Assembly: GCA_046760505.1 (NCBI GenBank)
Contig: JBHIEG010000014.1
Span: 1 to 49,821 of the forward strand
DNA from: Candidatus Hydrothermarchaeota archaeon
GTDB lineage: Archaea > CAYFZR01
DNA length: 49,821 nt
Direction of reading: 5' to 3'
This document shows positions 8,451-17,198 of this stretch, piece by piece. Positions within the stretch are counted from its first letter, which is position 1. Every line of letters starts with the position of its first letter. Both the position numbers and the translations under genes were made by a program. The notes under the pieces are model-generated. The model had not been told where the DNA came from and made no database searches. It was given only the letters and a program-made list of their open reading frames with translations.

Positions 8451-9455
8451 TCACCTTGCTAATTTTTTCTCTACAACATTCAATTCTTTTTTATACTTAT
8501 TTGATAATTCTTCATATTTTTCTCTGCTTATTTTTTTCTCATCCATCAGTATTTTTATTTCTTTCAATAAACTTTCGAGTTCTGTTTTCCTTAACAAGTA
8601 GTCGATCTCGATTTTTTCCTCTTTCGGCGTTCTAAAAGACATGAACGCACCAATTATATAAAAAAATACTCCAATCCAGATAAAATTAACAAAAGGTATC
8701 ATTTTAATCTTTATTGGAGCGTATACTTTTTCGTGAAAAGAGGTGGTGCCCTGAAATATGATATGAATATCCATGGAAAGGCTTCTATAAATAAGAGTAT
8801 GAGTTAGATAACCCCAGTTTGGTATTCTGTAGTTTATCAGTTCTGCAATGCCTTTTTTCACTAATTTTTCGCGGTTGAATATTTCTACGTACGCCTTTTC
8901 AGTAACCAGTGAAGGAGTGATTTTCTTATCAAATCTATCAACTTTTATGGAGTAACCATCTATCTCAATAGATCTCCCTTCAAAGAAGTTTTGTTCAATT
9001 TCTTTTGTTAGTGTAGTGCTTAAAACAGCGCCTAGGAGTATAAGAACAGTACCAGTATGAATCAGTTGAAACCCATAGCTTCTTACGGTTTTGTCTAGGT
9101 CTCCTGAGTAGGTTCTGAAGAACCTTATCCCAAGACTCATGAGAGCAAAGATTAGAATTATATACGAGGCATTTTCCAAGGGATTGCCTAGGTTTATTAT
9201 TTTTGATCCGACAATAGATATGAAGAGACCAGAGGTTGCTAGTGCTATAGAATATTTCCAATTGATTGAACCAACAGTTAAACAGACGATCATGCAAAGA
9301 ATCAAAAGATATGTGTAGGGTAATGTAGCCCTATTGAACCAATTAGGCTCTTCGGGATGCATAAAAATCCCATAGAGTGATACGGCAGTTAAGATGATAA
9401 ACGATCCGATTGCCAGGCCGAATGTAGACAAACTTATATCTTTTTTGGTTTCCAT
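8451..9455 (-). CDS. ccmF: Cytochrome c biogenesis protein CcmF, C-terminal half
   Basis: YGFQLIHTGTVLILLG (TM-His2 region), exported beta domain, PFVNFIWIG; extra SHOCT-like tail. Confidence 0.85.
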   Translation of the reverse strand: METKKDISLSTFGLAIGSFIILTAVSLYGIFMHPEEPNWFNRATLPYTYLLILCMIVCLTVGSINWKYSIALATSGLFISIVGSKIINLGNPLENASYIILIFALMSLGIRFFRTYSGDLDKTVRSYGFQLIHTGTVLILLGAVLSTTLTKEIEQNFFEGRSIEIDGYSIKVDRFDKKITPSLVTEKAYVEIFNREKLVKKGIAELINYRIPNWGYLTHTLIYRSLSMDIHIIFQGTTSFHEKVYAPIKIKMIPFVNFIWIGVFFYIIGAFMSFRTPKEEKIEIDYLLRKTELESLLKEIKILMDEKKISREKYEELSNKYKKELNVVEKKLAR

Positions 9456-9503
9456 GTTTGACTCAAGAATACTCCGGGTTAAAAGGTTTATGGAGTCTCC
9501 GAT
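9456..9503. promoter_or_regulatory. 48-bp bidirectional promoter region for the two ccmF halves
   Basis: Central TTAAAA (9479-9484) flanked by inverted ACTCC (9471-9475) / GGAGT (9492-9496). Confidence 0.5.
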
Positions 9504-10475
9504 ATGCCACTTGTAGCAACTATGCTGATTCTTGCGTCTTCAATCGCATTATTCCTAGGTTGTTTTTCGGGTTTAACCTATGTATCTAAGGAAAAAGAGG
9601 ATTTAAAAACATTATCAAATTTTCTAGGTCTGATATCATTTTTTCTTGTTACTTCTTTATCTATATTACTTTTTTATTATTTTTTCACAGACAACTTTGG
9701 GATACTCTATGTTTACAAGTACTCTAGCGCTGATCTAAAGTGGTATTATAAATTATCTGCCTTTTGGGCAGGAAAAGAGGGAACGATTCTACTTTGGATC
9801 TGGTTTATCCTTTTATTTTACGTTTTTCTGCTCAGGATAGAATCTAAAAACGAATTTGTTTACTGGACAACGAAAGTATTAATCCTTATGGTCGCTTTAA
9901 TTTTTATTCTAGCGATGAAGAAGTACAGCGATCCGTTTCAACAAATTTTTCCTGAACCAAAATCAGGTTATGGTTTAAATCCATTACTTAAGGATCCTTG
10001 GATGATAATACATCCACCAATCACATTTTTAGGATACGCTGCCTCAACAGTTCCTTTTGCTGCGAGTATTTCTCACCTTATATTCGTCTTGAGAGGATTA
10101 ATTGGAGGAGAAAAGATCGATGATTCAAACACAGACTGGGAAGAAATCGCTAGACCTTTCGCAAGATGGGGGTGGCTTTTCCTGTCTTTAGGAATAGCCA
10201 TTGGGGGTTTTTGGTCCTATAAGGTACTTGGATGGGGAGGTTTCTGGGCTTGGGACCCGGTAGAAACAGCTTCCTTAGTTCCTTGGTTGATTTGGTCTGG
10301 ATATTTACACTCATCCACCTTACTTCGAAGTATGAAGATGAGAGGAGATGAGAGTACAAGGATATTGAATCCTTTATCCATGTTTCTTGCAGTTCTTTGT
10401 TTTGTATTGGTTATTTTCGCAACTCTTGCAACGAGAAGTGGTTTGTTTAGAGATATCTCTCCTCATTCATTTTGA
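9504..10475 (+). CDS. ccmF: Cytochrome c biogenesis protein CcmF, N-terminal half
   Basis: WAGKEGTILLW, GLNPLL..IHPP, WWD motif WSYKVLGWGGFWAWDPVETASLVPW, YLHS; ends at RSG..SPHSF. Confidence 0.95.
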   Translation: MPLVATMLILASSIALFLGCFSGLTYVSKEKEDLKTLSNFLGLISFFLVTSLSILLFYYFFTDNFGILYVYKYSSADLKWYYKLSAFWAGKEGTILLWIWFILLFYVFLLRIESKNEFVYWTTKVLILMVALIFILAMKKYSDPFQQIFPEPKSGYGLNPLLKDPWMIIHPPITFLGYAASTVPFAASISHLIFVLRGLIGGEKIDDSNTDWEEIARPFARWGWLFLSLGIAIGGFWSYKVLGWGGFWAWDPVETASLVPWLIWSGYLHSSTLLRSMKMRGDESTRILNPLSMFLAVLCFVLVIFATLATRSGLFRDISPHSF

Positions 10476-10476
10476 T

Positions 10477-11463
10477 TTACCATCTCTCGTAATAGTCCTC
10501 TATCCTTATCGTATCCTCAGGATGCGGAGTAGATACTTCGTGAATAATGAGATTTTCGCTCGCAAATATAGAGTGGGGGACATTAGGTTTTATTCTTACC
10601 GTATCGTTTGTTCCAAAGTATTCCTTTCTATCTTCAAACTCCACGAATCCAGAGCCCCTTACTATGTATAAGGTCTCATCTTTTTTCTTGTGATAATGGA
10701 AACTTGTTTTATAATCTTCTTTTATAAATATCTCTTTTGTAAGGTATTTTTCGGTACTTATAAGTATTTTTTCATATCCCCAAGGCTTATCAACTCTGTT
10801 CGCATATTCTTTTCTTACTTCCTCGAGTTCTTTACTTGTATCAATTGCCATCCAGAATACGTCCTCTGAATAATATCCAAGTTGTCTATTCTTGGCCAAC
10901 AAAGGAAATACCGTCTTTTCTATATCTCCAGACTCAAAATCATTTAGATCTAATCCTTTAATGAAGTATACTCCTCCATTGATATAGTAATCAAGCATTG
11001 GCTTCTCTCTAAATGACTTTATGTATGTGTCTCCCAATTCTACTATGCCATAGGGACTCCTCATTCGCGTTACATACATTGTTACAGGATAATCTAAAGA
11101 AATGGAGTAATCAATCATCTTTTTAATGTTTAAATCGCATACAACATCTCCGTTTCTAACAAGTATGGGTTCATCCACGTCTGCTAGACCTTCCCTTATT
11201 GCGTTCAGTGTGCCTCTAGGAGTATCTTCTACGTAGTATTCTATTTTCAGGCCCTTGTAATTAGAGCCGAATCTCTCCTCAATTTTTTCGCTTAAGTGTC
11301 CTGCAAGCATTCTTACTCTTTCTATCCCTGCGCTCTTTAGATCAAACAACTGCTTGTCCAGGATAGTATAGTTATCCTTAAGTTCGATCAAAGGTTTCGG
11401 AATCTCATCTGTTAGAGGCTTCAATCTCTTTCCATAGCCGCCACATAAAATAGCACCGATCAT
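10477..11463 (-). CDS. NDP-sugar pyrophosphorylase with C-terminal cupin (mannose-1-P guanylyltransferase/PMI-like)
   Basis: [18 protein letters not shown]; C-terminal [14 protein letters not shown] cupin. Confidence 0.9.
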   Translation of the reverse strand: MIGAILCGGYGKRLKPLTDEIPKPLIELKDNYTILDKQLFDLKSAGIERVRMLAGHLSEKIEERFGSNYKGLKIEYYVEDTPRGTLNAIREGLADVDEPILVRNGDVVCDLNIKKMIDYSISLDYPVTMYVTRMRSPYGIVELGDTYIKSFREKPMLDYYINGGVYFIKGLDLNDFESGDIEKTVFPLLAKNRQLGYYSEDVFWMAIDTSKELEEVRKEYANRVDKPWGYEKILISTEKYLTKEIFIKEDYKTSFHYHKKKDETLYIVRGSGFVEFEDRKEYFGTNDTVRIKPNVPHSIFASENLIIHEVSTPHPEDTIRIEDYYERW

Positions 11464-11512
11464 GTTTTTAAAGAGTTGAAAATATGGATTTAACTGTTTT
11501 GGTCATACCGGT

Positions 11513-12139
11513 CTAATCAATGTGTCTTAGTAACTCCCTCATATCTTCTATTTTCACATCCGCAATTTCATCTAACTCCTTAACTTTTGAGTTGTAAGCG
11601 ATAGAGATTCCCGCCTCCTTTAGCATTTCTATATCATTCAAATGGTCGCCCACTGCTATCGCATTTTTTGTATCTATACCTAATTTCTTACAAATCTCCT
11701 TAAAAACCTTTAATTTTCCTAAAGGACCAGGAACATTTAGTTTATAGTCTTTAAACTTGTTTTCATCGTTAAATATAATCTCAGTGCAGAAAACGTAGTC
11801 AAAGCCTAATCTTTCCCCCACTTCATTCGCTATTAAGCATGGAGCCTCTGATATCATGACGATTTTTATATTCCTTTTCTTTAATTCATTTATAACAAAT
11901 TCAACGTGAGAATTAAGTTTATAGTCCTTCAGAGCCTCTTTTAATCCTTCCTTTTTCACTTCTTTTTCTATCCAGTGTTTTTTATCTTTCTCTTTCAGTT
12001 CGAAATACGTTATTTCTTTGTTTATGTACGCGTTTACATATTCCTTTGTTAATCCGAGACTCTCTCTTATTCTATTCCAACTATTCTCCCACTCTATAAG
12101 GGTGCCGTCAAGGTCGAAAACGATTAGCTTTATGTTCAT
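11513..12139 (-). CDS. HAD-IB phosphatase, phosphoserine phosphatase-like
   Basis: FDLDGTL, MIS, K, AVGDHLND motifs. Confidence 0.85.
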   Translation of the reverse strand: MNIKLIVFDLDGTLIEWENSWNRIRESLGLTKEYVNAYINKEITYFELKEKDKKHWIEKEVKKEGLKEALKDYKLNSHVEFVINELKKRNIKIVMISEAPCLIANEVGERLGFDYVFCTEIIFNDENKFKDYKLNVPGPLGKLKVFKEICKKLGIDTKNAIAVGDHLNDIEMLKEAGISIAYNSKVKELDEIADVKIEDMRELLRHID

Positions 12140-12197
12140 GTCCTTAAAAAGGGAAAAACCTTTTATATTTATTCTCCTTTCTTAAGAAAGAAGTCTG

Positions 12198-12410
12198 ATG
12201 AAATCGGAGTTAAGGGTATTGGAGTTACTGAAAAAATACGAGGAAATGGATAAGGTATCAGTAGGAAAGAAGTTAAGAATACCACCAAAAACAATAGAAT
12301 TAGTCTTAGACCATTTAGAAAAGGAAGAATTAATTTCTTCTGAAAAGGATAAAATCAAGATAACAAAAAAAGGAATAGAGAAATTAAACGAATACAAAAG
12401 CTACAGGTAG
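12198..12410 (+). CDS. Small winged-HTH protein
   Basis: 70 aa; LDHLEKEELI..IKITKKG wHTH pattern; TTTTATAT upstream. Confidence 0.65.
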   Translation: MKSELRVLELLKKYEEMDKVSVGKKLRIPPKTIELVLDHLEKEELISSEKDKIKITKKGIEKLNEYKSYR

Positions 12411-12486
12411 AGGAGAAACAAATCGCTAATAAATCAAAGAACAATTGAGGATGTTTTTTAATTTCCTTTCTTCAATGGATGAGAAC

Positions 12487-12729
12487 CTATGTTATTGACG
12501 GAACTATTATCATTGTGGTTGTTTTTACTACCTCATCCATAGATCTGATTTTTGTTTCTATGATGAAATCAAGCATCTTAATGTCCTTTGCTACAACCTT
12601 GGCTATAATATCGTAATCCCCATAGACTTCGTCAGCGCTAACTACCTCATTCAATTTGATCAAATCGTTTTTGACCTTCGAGGTTTGACCTGCTTCTGTA
12701 TTGATCAGTACGTAAGCGCTTATTTCCAA
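12487..12729 (-). CDS. Stand-alone Lrp/AsnC ligand-binding (RAM) domain protein
   Basis: AYVLIN..VYGDYDIIAKV..IRS..VVKTTTMI; TTG start with GAGGTGA SD. Confidence 0.9.
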   Translation of the reverse strand: MEISAYVLINTEAGQTSKVKNDLIKLNEVVSADEVYGDYDIIAKVVAKDIKMLDFIIETKIRSMDEVVKTTTMIIVPSIT

Positions 12730-12738
12730 CTTATCACC

Positions 12739-13611
12739 TCATTTAACTATCTTTGAAATTTCTATCTCCAAAATGTCACAGGCACCTCTGTTTTTCAACT
12801 CAGGAATGAGTTTATTGACGTCTTTTTTACTCACGACAGTCTCCACTGCATAGTAATTTGTCTTGTAGAGTTTTGATATGGTGGGCTTTTTCATGGCAGG
12901 AAGAATGCTGATTACGTTATCCAATTTATCTTCTGGGACGTTCATTGTCAAAAGTACCTTCCCTCTGGCTTCTATGACTCCTAAAAGCAACGTCTTAATC
13001 TCTTCTATTGCCTTTCTCTTTTTTGGATCTTTCCAACTTTCTTTGTTTGCTATAAGCTTCGTCGAAGATTCTAGAAGAGTGCCTACTATTTTCAATCCAT
13101 TTTTTCTTAGTGTAGCACCTGTTTCAGTTAGATCAACAACAACATCCATTAGTTCTGGTACTTTAGCCTCAGTAGCCCCATATGAAAAGAATATCTTAAT
13201 TGGTATACCCAGTTTTTCAAAAAATCCCTTGGTTATATTCGGATATTCGGTTGTAACTCTGCTGTAAGGAGCAATCTTGGTTACATCATCTATTTCGCTC
13301 TCTTCTGGTACCGCCGCTACTATCCTTACCTTTCCGAAACCTTGCTTGCTGTAAGCGAGATCAGCGACCTCAACAACATCTGATCCAGTCTCGACTATCC
13401 AGTCGTATCCGGAGATTCCTATATCAAAGTATCCTTCTTCTACGTACTTGGGTATTTCCTGAGGTCTAAGTATTTTTACGCTGCTAATTCTCTCATCTTC
13501 TATTTTTGGATTGTACTCCCTGTCAGTTTTTTTGATTTCTAGATCTGCCTTTTTGAAGAGCAGAAGGGTTTGCTCTTCTAAGCTTCCCTTTGGCAATGCA
13601 ATTCTAAGCAT
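12739..13611 (-). CDS. hisG: ATP phosphoribosyltransferase (long form)
   Basis: IALPKGSL, RPQEIP, GATEAK, DLTETGATLRKNGL, C-terminal regulatory domain. Confidence 0.97.
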   Translation of the reverse strand: MLRIALPKGSLEEQTLLLFKKADLEIKKTDREYNPKIEDERISSVKILRPQEIPKYVEEGYFDIGISGYDWIVETGSDVVEVADLAYSKQGFGKVRIVAAVPEESEIDDVTKIAPYSRVTTEYPNITKGFFEKLGIPIKIFFSYGATEAKVPELMDVVVDLTETGATLRKNGLKIVGTLLESSTKLIANKESWKDPKKRKAIEEIKTLLLGVIEARGKVLLTMNVPEDKLDNVISILPAMKKPTISKLYKTNYYAVETVVSKKDVNKLIPELKNRGACDILEIEISKIVK

Positions 13612-13670
13612 GATTTCACATAATTTTGGTAAGATAAATTATTTTCGCCTGTTGATTAAATAACTGTAAG

Positions 13671-13695
13671 TAATATTTTTTAGGGAAAAATATTA
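13671..13695. promoter_or_regulatory. Perfect inverted repeat in the hisG / homocysteine-gene divergent region
   Basis: TAATATTTTT-TAGGG-AAAAATATTA. Confidence 0.45.
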
Positions 13696-13730
13696 ATATT
13701 AATAATATTATGATATCTGCTTCTGGAGGT

Positions 13731-15227
13731 ATGTTTGTGAAGAGCATAGAAGAGATTAATGAAAGGATAAAAAAGGGCGAAGCAGTAGTTGTCACTGCTG
13801 AAGAAATGATAGATATAGTGGAAGATAAAGGAGTAAAAGAAGCAGCTAAAGAAGTAGACGTCGTAACAACAGGTACATTTGGAATGATGTGCAGTTCGGG
13901 AGTATTCTTTAACTTTGGTCATGCAGATCCTCCAATAAAGATGACAAGAGTTTGGATGAATAACGTTGAGGCTTATACCGGTGTAGCAGCAGTAGATGCT
14001 TATCTAGGGGTTACACAGATTAGCACTGATAGAGGGATAGAGTATGGGGGCGCGCATGTTATAGAAGATCTTTTAAATGGGAAAGAAATAGAACTTAGAG
14101 CAGAAGCATACGGCACCGATTGTTATCCAAGAAAGGTATTAGAAACGATGATTTCTTTAGAAGAGGTAAATCAGGCGGTAATGGTAAATCCAAGAAACGC
14201 CTATCAAAAATACGTTGCCGCTACAAACTCTACTGATGAAAAACTCTATACATACATGGGCGTTCTCCTGCCCAACTATGGTAACGTCACCTACTCCGGA
14301 GCTGGACAGTTAGCCCCTCTTCCAAATGATCCGAATTACGAAACGATTGGAATAGGAACCAGAATATTTCTTGGAGGAGCAGTAGGTTATATAATAGGAG
14401 AGGGAACCCAGCACAATCCTCAGAACTTTTTGGGAACTTTGATGGTCAGAGGAAACCTGAAAGAAATGAGCACAGATTTTTTAAAAGCCGCAGTAATGGA
14501 GAAATACGGTCCAACATTGTTTGTTGGGCTAGGAATTCCTATACCAATAATTAACGAGAATTTAGCAGAAAAAACAGCCATCAGAGACTCTGATATAAAT
14601 GTAAATGTCCTGGATTATGGAGTTCCAAGAAGAGATAGGCCTGTTGTAAAAGAAACGAACTACGAGGAACTTAAAAAGGGCACCATAGAGATAAATGGAA
14701 GAGAAGTAAAAACATCACCTCTCTCAAGCTATAGGAAGGCGAGAATAATAGCTGAAGAGCTAAAGTCATGGATAGAAAATAAAAAATTCTTAATTTCACT
14801 TCCTGCAGAAAGATTGCCTACTAAAAGACTTTTTAAGCCTATGGCAATCAAGAAACCACTTCCCACCGTTAGAAATGTCATGAGAAAGGAGTTTGTGATG
14901 TGTACGCCTCAAAACGATATAAAGGAAGTCGCAAGGATAATAGTAGAGAAGGGTTTTGATCACATACCAGTGGTAGAAGAAGGAAACAAACTGGTTGGAG
15001 TAGTTACATCTTGGGATATAGCAAATGCCGTAGCTAGTGACAAAAAGAGCCTCTCTGACATTATGACAACCAAGGTTATTACTGCTAGGGAAGAAGAATC
15101 CATAGATGTGGTGGCGAGAAGGTTGAGTCGACATGACATTTCAGGAGCCCCGGTAGTAGATCCACAAAACAGAGTTATTGGGATAATTACAACCGATGAT
15201 ATCGCAAGATGGCTGGGGGTAATTTGA
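13731..15227 (+). CDS. Aspartate-semialdehyde sulfurtransferase (MA1821-type homocysteine biosynthesis; DUF39 + CBS pair)
   Basis: KSIEEINERI..VDVVTTGTFG, NPRNAYQ, TYSGAG; C-terminal tandem CBS; ATG 13731 after GGAGGT. Confidence 0.95.
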   Translation: MFVKSIEEINERIKKGEAVVVTAEEMIDIVEDKGVKEAAKEVDVVTTGTFGMMCSSGVFFNFGHADPPIKMTRVWMNNVEAYTGVAAVDAYLGVTQISTDRGIEYGGAHVIEDLLNGKEIELRAEAYGTDCYPRKVLETMISLEEVNQAVMVNPRNAYQKYVAATNSTDEKLYTYMGVLLPNYGNVTYSGAGQLAPLPNDPNYETIGIGTRIFLGGAVGYIIGEGTQHNPQNFLGTLMVRGNLKEMSTDFLKAAVMEKYGPTLFVGLGIPIPIINENLAEKTAIRDSDINVNVLDYGVPRRDRPVVKETNYEELKKGTIEINGREVKTSPLSSYRKARIIAEELKSWIENKKFLISLPAERLPTKRLFKPMAIKKPLPTVRNVMRKEFVMCTPQNDIKEVARIIVEKGFDHIPVVEEGNKLVGVVTSWDIANAVASDKKSLSDIMTTKVITAREEESIDVVARRLSRHDISGAPVVDPQNRVIGIITTDDIARWLGVI

Positions 15228-15625
15228 TGAAAGTTTACCTGTATTTCCCACCAAGAGTAGTTGGCGAGCCCATAATATCTTCAGTAATTATCGAAACCGG
15301 AAAACGGATAAACATACTTAGAGCGGATATAAATTCTAGTCACGGGGAGATTGTGGCAGACATAGAGGGCAGGGAAGATGAGGTTAATGAAATTATAGAG
15401 AAACTCAGGGATAGAGGTGTTGAGGTTAGCGTCTTAGAAAGAGTAATCGAAAAGGACGATGATATATGTGTTGATTGTGGAGCATGCATTTCTTTATGCC
15501 CAGTTAATGCAATATACATAGATAAGGAGTGGAAAGTTGTTGTAGAGGGGGATAAATGTATAGGATGTAAGACATGCGTGGATGCCTGTCCTGTTAGGGC
15601 AATAAGCATGACAGAGGCGTATTAG
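15227..15625 (+). CDS. NIL-domain 2[4Fe-4S] ferredoxin (MA1822-type partner)
   Basis: NIL motif, CVDCGACISLCP and CIGCKTCVDACP; TGATG coupling to the upstream gene. Confidence 0.95.
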   Translation: MKVYLYFPPRVVGEPIISSVIIETGKRINILRADINSSHGEIVADIEGREDEVNEIIEKLRDRGVEVSVLERVIEKDDDICVDCGACISLCPVNAIYIDKEWKVVVEGDKCIGCKTCVDACPVRAISMTEAY

Positions 15626-15627
15626 AG

Positions 15628-16128
15628 TTATTGCTTAATCCTGACGATCAGTTCCTTTCTTTTTACCGGAACCAATTTTTTTATCTCTACCTTTGAATCC
15701 TTGTTCAATTCGAATTTATCCATTCCTATGTCTGGAGTCTTTCCATCAACCTCGTATATATAAAAACCTTCTTCCCCTTCGATAGAGGCTAAAAATTCCC
15801 TATCTCCAACTTTTCTCAGTTTGATGCCGGAAACCTTCCTTAATGCATCTAAAACACTTGTACCTTTGGGAACCTCCACGTGAACGGACTCTGCGAACAT
15901 ATCAAGGGCCTGGTACTGCTTGCTCAAGTTAGCTCTGATGACATGACTTCTTCCAAATTTCTTTCTTTCCACCAGACCAGCCTTTTCTAGTACATCTACA
16001 TGTTTAGCCGCAACTGGAACAGATATACCGATCTCGTTTGCTAATCCAGTAATATGCATTTCTTTCCTTGCTAAGATACCCAGCATCTTCCTTCTGGTTT
16101 CGTTACTTAAGGCCTTGAGCAAATTCAT
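15628..16128 (-). CDS. ArsR-family HTH fused to a transcobalamin-like (DUF4430-type) beta-grasp domain
   Basis: LKALSNETRRKML..ITGLANEIGISVPVAAKHVDVLEKAGLV; C-half GTSVLDAL..FLASIEG..FYIYEVDG..IGMDKFEL; ATG 16128 after GAAGGTG. Confidence 0.8.
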   Translation of the reverse strand: MNLLKALSNETRRKMLGILARKEMHITGLANEIGISVPVAAKHVDVLEKAGLVERKKFGRSHVIRANLSKQYQALDMFAESVHVEVPKGTSVLDALRKVSGIKLRKVGDREFLASIEGEEGFYIYEVDGKTPDIGMDKFELNKDSKVEIKKLVPVKRKELIVRIKQ

Positions 16129-16214
16129 GCCTACACCTTCCGTTACCCTTTCTAACAACTTTGAGGAAATCCAGATATGTTATGGGAATTACTAATAAAT
16201 ATTATCTGTTTCAG

Positions 16215-16224
16215 TATATATAAA
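16215..16224 (+). promoter_or_regulatory. TATA box of the cbi operon
   Basis: TATATATAAA about 20-35 nt upstream of cbiM. Confidence 0.65.
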
Positions 16225-16245
16225 TACAGGGATTTGTAGAAGAGT

Positions 16246-16923
16246 TTGGGGATCAAACTGCACATATCAGATGGTATTCTATCACCGGTATGGGTATTAA
16301 TTTGGTTTTCGGTAGCGTTTCTCTTTGTTGCAATTGGCATAACCCATATAAGGAAAAAAACAAAGGAAAACCCATCGTACATGCCCATGTTGGCTCTCAT
16401 GGGAGCCTCAATTTTCGTGATTTCTGTTTGGCACATACCTGTACCTGTGACAGGCTCATGCTCGCACCCAATAGGCACACCTATGAGCGCGATTATAGTT
16501 GGCCCTTTTCAAACTGTTGTTTTAAGCTTTATAGCCTTGTTCTTCCATATTTTCTTGGGTCACGGTGGACTGACCACCTTGGGGGCTAACACGTTTTCGA
16601 TGGGCATCGTTGGAACTTTCACAGGATATTTAACCTATAAAGCCTTTAGAAAACTTGGTGCATCTATCTGGCTATCCGCTGGTATAGCCGGATTCATTGG
16701 AGACGTGCTAACGTACATTACCACTGCATTTGAATTAGCCATATCATTGCACCCTGAATCCTTCATGTATTACTGGAAAATATTCAGCATAGGTTTTGTG
16801 CCTACTCAGATCCCCCTTGCTTTATTAGAGTTTGCTTTTACCAGTGCAGTTATGAGATACGTCTCCGATTTGAGACCGGAATTCTTGATAGAAAAGGAGA
16901 TATTGGAGGTAAATTATGAATGA
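16246..16923 (+). CDS. cbiM: Cobalt ECF transporter substrate-binding subunit
   Basis: HISDGIL N-terminus, GSCSHPIG, HGGLTTLGAN, PTQIPLA; start is TTG 16246 or CTG 16258. Confidence 0.95.
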   Translation: MGIKLHISDGILSPVWVLIWFSVAFLFVAIGITHIRKKTKENPSYMPMLALMGASIFVISVWHIPVPVTGSCSHPIGTPMSAIIVGPFQTVVLSFIALFFHIFLGHGGLTTLGANTFSMGIVGTFTGYLTYKAFRKLGASIWLSAGIAGFIGDVLTYITTAFELAISLHPESFMYYWKIFSIGFVPTQIPLALLEFAFTSAVMRYVSDLRPEFLIEKEILEVNYE

Positions 16924-17197
16924 TTCTTTTGTCTTAAAGGTACTTCTGCTAATGGTATTAAGCGTCCTAGGTATCATAGTATCCGCCTACTATGGCTCTA
17001 AGGTAGGAGAGTTGCAGGGTACAGATGCATTGGTGGAGGATTTGGCCATGAAGTCGGCCGGAAAAAAAGCAGTCACCTTGATAGAACTCAATGAAACAGG
17101 CGAGTATATAGGATTCACTCTAGTCGGGATAGTAAGTGGATTTACAGTGGGGTACCTTATACCCAGCCTATTCCCCCAAAAAATTAAAAAAGGTTAA
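16916..17197 (+). CDS. cbiN: Cobalt transport accessory protein, CbiN-like
   Basis: Two TMs flanking a GTD-containing loop; lies between cbiM and cbiQ. Confidence 0.75.
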   Translation: MNDSFVLKVLLLMVLSVLGIIVSAYYGSKVGELQGTDALVEDLAMKSAGKKAVTLIELNETGEYIGFTLVGIVSGFTVGYLIPSLFPQKIKKG

Positions 17198-17198
17198 A

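Noticed and set aside
10473-10540. Stop-codon readthrough (Sec) extending ccmF-N
   Set aside because: The downstream frame is antisense to the nucleotidyltransferase gene and does not resemble CcmF; the C-half is encoded separately
16129-16257. Cobalamin riboswitch upstream of cbiM
   Set aside because: Region is short and AT-rich, the TATA box is close to the start, and no B12-box architecture is visible
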